DNA from: an uncultured Planctomycetales bacterium
GTDB taxonomy: Bacteria; Omnitrophota; Gorgyraeia; Gygaellales; Profunditerraquicolaceae
Assembly (NCBI GenBank): GCA_964542785.1
Contig: CAZIUK010000005.1
Coordinates: forward strand, 1 to 48,027
DNA: 48,027 nucleotides
Reading direction: 5' to 3'
Made by a program: the position numbers and the translations under genes. The number at the start of each line of letters is the position of its first letter. Position 1 is the first letter of the stretch. Below the pieces are notes generated by a model that saw only the letters and a list, made by a program, of their open reading frames with translations, was not told the DNA's origin and made no database searches. Below, piece by piece: positions 47,536-48,027 of this stretch.

Positions 47536-48027
47536 TTAAGTCCCCATCTGCCAACTTGAAAGGTACTTCTTCTGTTCAGCGGTTAATCTGTCTATTCTTA
47601 TACCTAAAGACTTTAATTTAAGCCTAGCGATATTTTTATCAATATCTTCAGGAACGCAATAAACTTCCCCCTTTAACTTCTTGTAATTCTTAAACATATA
47701 TTCAGCACAAAGCGCTTGGTTAGCAAAAGACATATCCATAACCGAGGCAGGATGACCTTCAGCAGCAGCTAAGTTTATCAACCTTCCTTGGCCTAAAAGA
47801 TATACCTTGCGATTGTTCTTAAGGGTGTATTCTTCTGTAAAATCACGTATTAACCTTCTTTTAATAGAGATACTCTTTAACCCTTCAATATCTAACTCTA
47901 CATTAAAATGCCCGGAGTTTGAAACTATCGCTCCATCTTTCATAATTTTAAAATGTTCCCTACGTATTACATTAATATCTCCTGTAACGGTTACAAAGAT
48001 ATCTCCTATTCTTGCGGCTTGCATAAT
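47536..48027 (-). CDS. ahcY: adenosylhomocysteinase, C-terminal part (gene continues beyond the window)
   Basis: Motifs SNSGHFNVELD and LLGQGRLINLAAAEGHP. The reading frame is open to the window edge. Confidence 0.9.
   Translation of the reverse strand: MMQAARIGDIFVTVTGDINVIRREHFKIMKDGAIVSNSGHFNVELDIEGLKSISIKRRLIRDFTEEYTLKNNRKVYLLGQGRLINLAAAEGHPASVMDMSFANQALCAEYMFKNYKKLKGEVYCVPEDIDKNIARLKLKSLGIRIDRLTAEQKKYLSSWQMGT

Noticed and set aside
1-48027. CRISPR arrays, transposases, integrases, prophage remnants, toxin-antitoxin pairs, and restriction or other defence genes
   Set aside because: None found. There are no direct-repeat arrays and no recombinase-like ORFs. Every ORF of 60 aa or more that is not a frame shadow is either a recognisable housekeeping family or one of three small or membrane unknowns embedded in housekeeping operons.

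Overview
This is an AT-rich, very gene-dense bacterial chromosomal segment. I call 55 protein genes, 54 of them on the minus strand, plus 6 tRNA genes, all on the minus strand. Nearly everything is core housekeeping.

Gene order, read along the minus strand from high to low coordinates:
- ahcY (partial), pfkA, a long class II aldolase, and ilvD-ilvB-ilvH-ilvC-leuA.
- aroE, pilD, malQ, a ttcA-like gene, rmuC, DUF167, pgeF, an 81-aa unknown, and cutA-ccdA-tlpA.
- A short MetE-like methyltransferase.
- A four-subunit 2-oxoacid:ferredoxin oxidoreductase (porGDAB) followed by a ferritin-like protein and a ferredoxin.
- The only plus-strand gene, a PpiD/SurA-N-like chaperone.
- hisG, an unlisted 33-aa bS22-like ORF, and a split transketolase.
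- ispE-spoVG-tRNA-Gln-glmU-prs-ctc-pth-rpsF-ssb-rpsR-rplI-dnaB.
- An outer-membrane and lipid A block: bamA-skp-lpxD-lpxC/fabZ-lpxA-lpxI.
- A monocistronic CBM48 gene.
- An RNA-centred block: radical SAM, tRNA-Arg, tRNA-Lys, archease, rtcB, serS, a membrane protein, tRNA-Ser, glgP, tRNA-Ser, tRNA-Ser.

The content points to an anaerobic diderm bacterium. I cannot assign a lineage from sequence alone.

I see no mobile elements, CRISPR arrays, recognisable defence genes or long repeats, and no convincing novel multi-gene system. The best leads are modest:
- The rSAM/tRNA/archease/RtcB unit.
- serS clustered with three cognate tRNA-Ser genes.
- A SpoVG with an inserted zinc ribbon.
- The unlisted bS22-like ORF.
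- tRNA genes embedded at 0-33 nt spacing inside protein-coding operons.

All functional calls come from motif and family recognition by eye. No searches were run.
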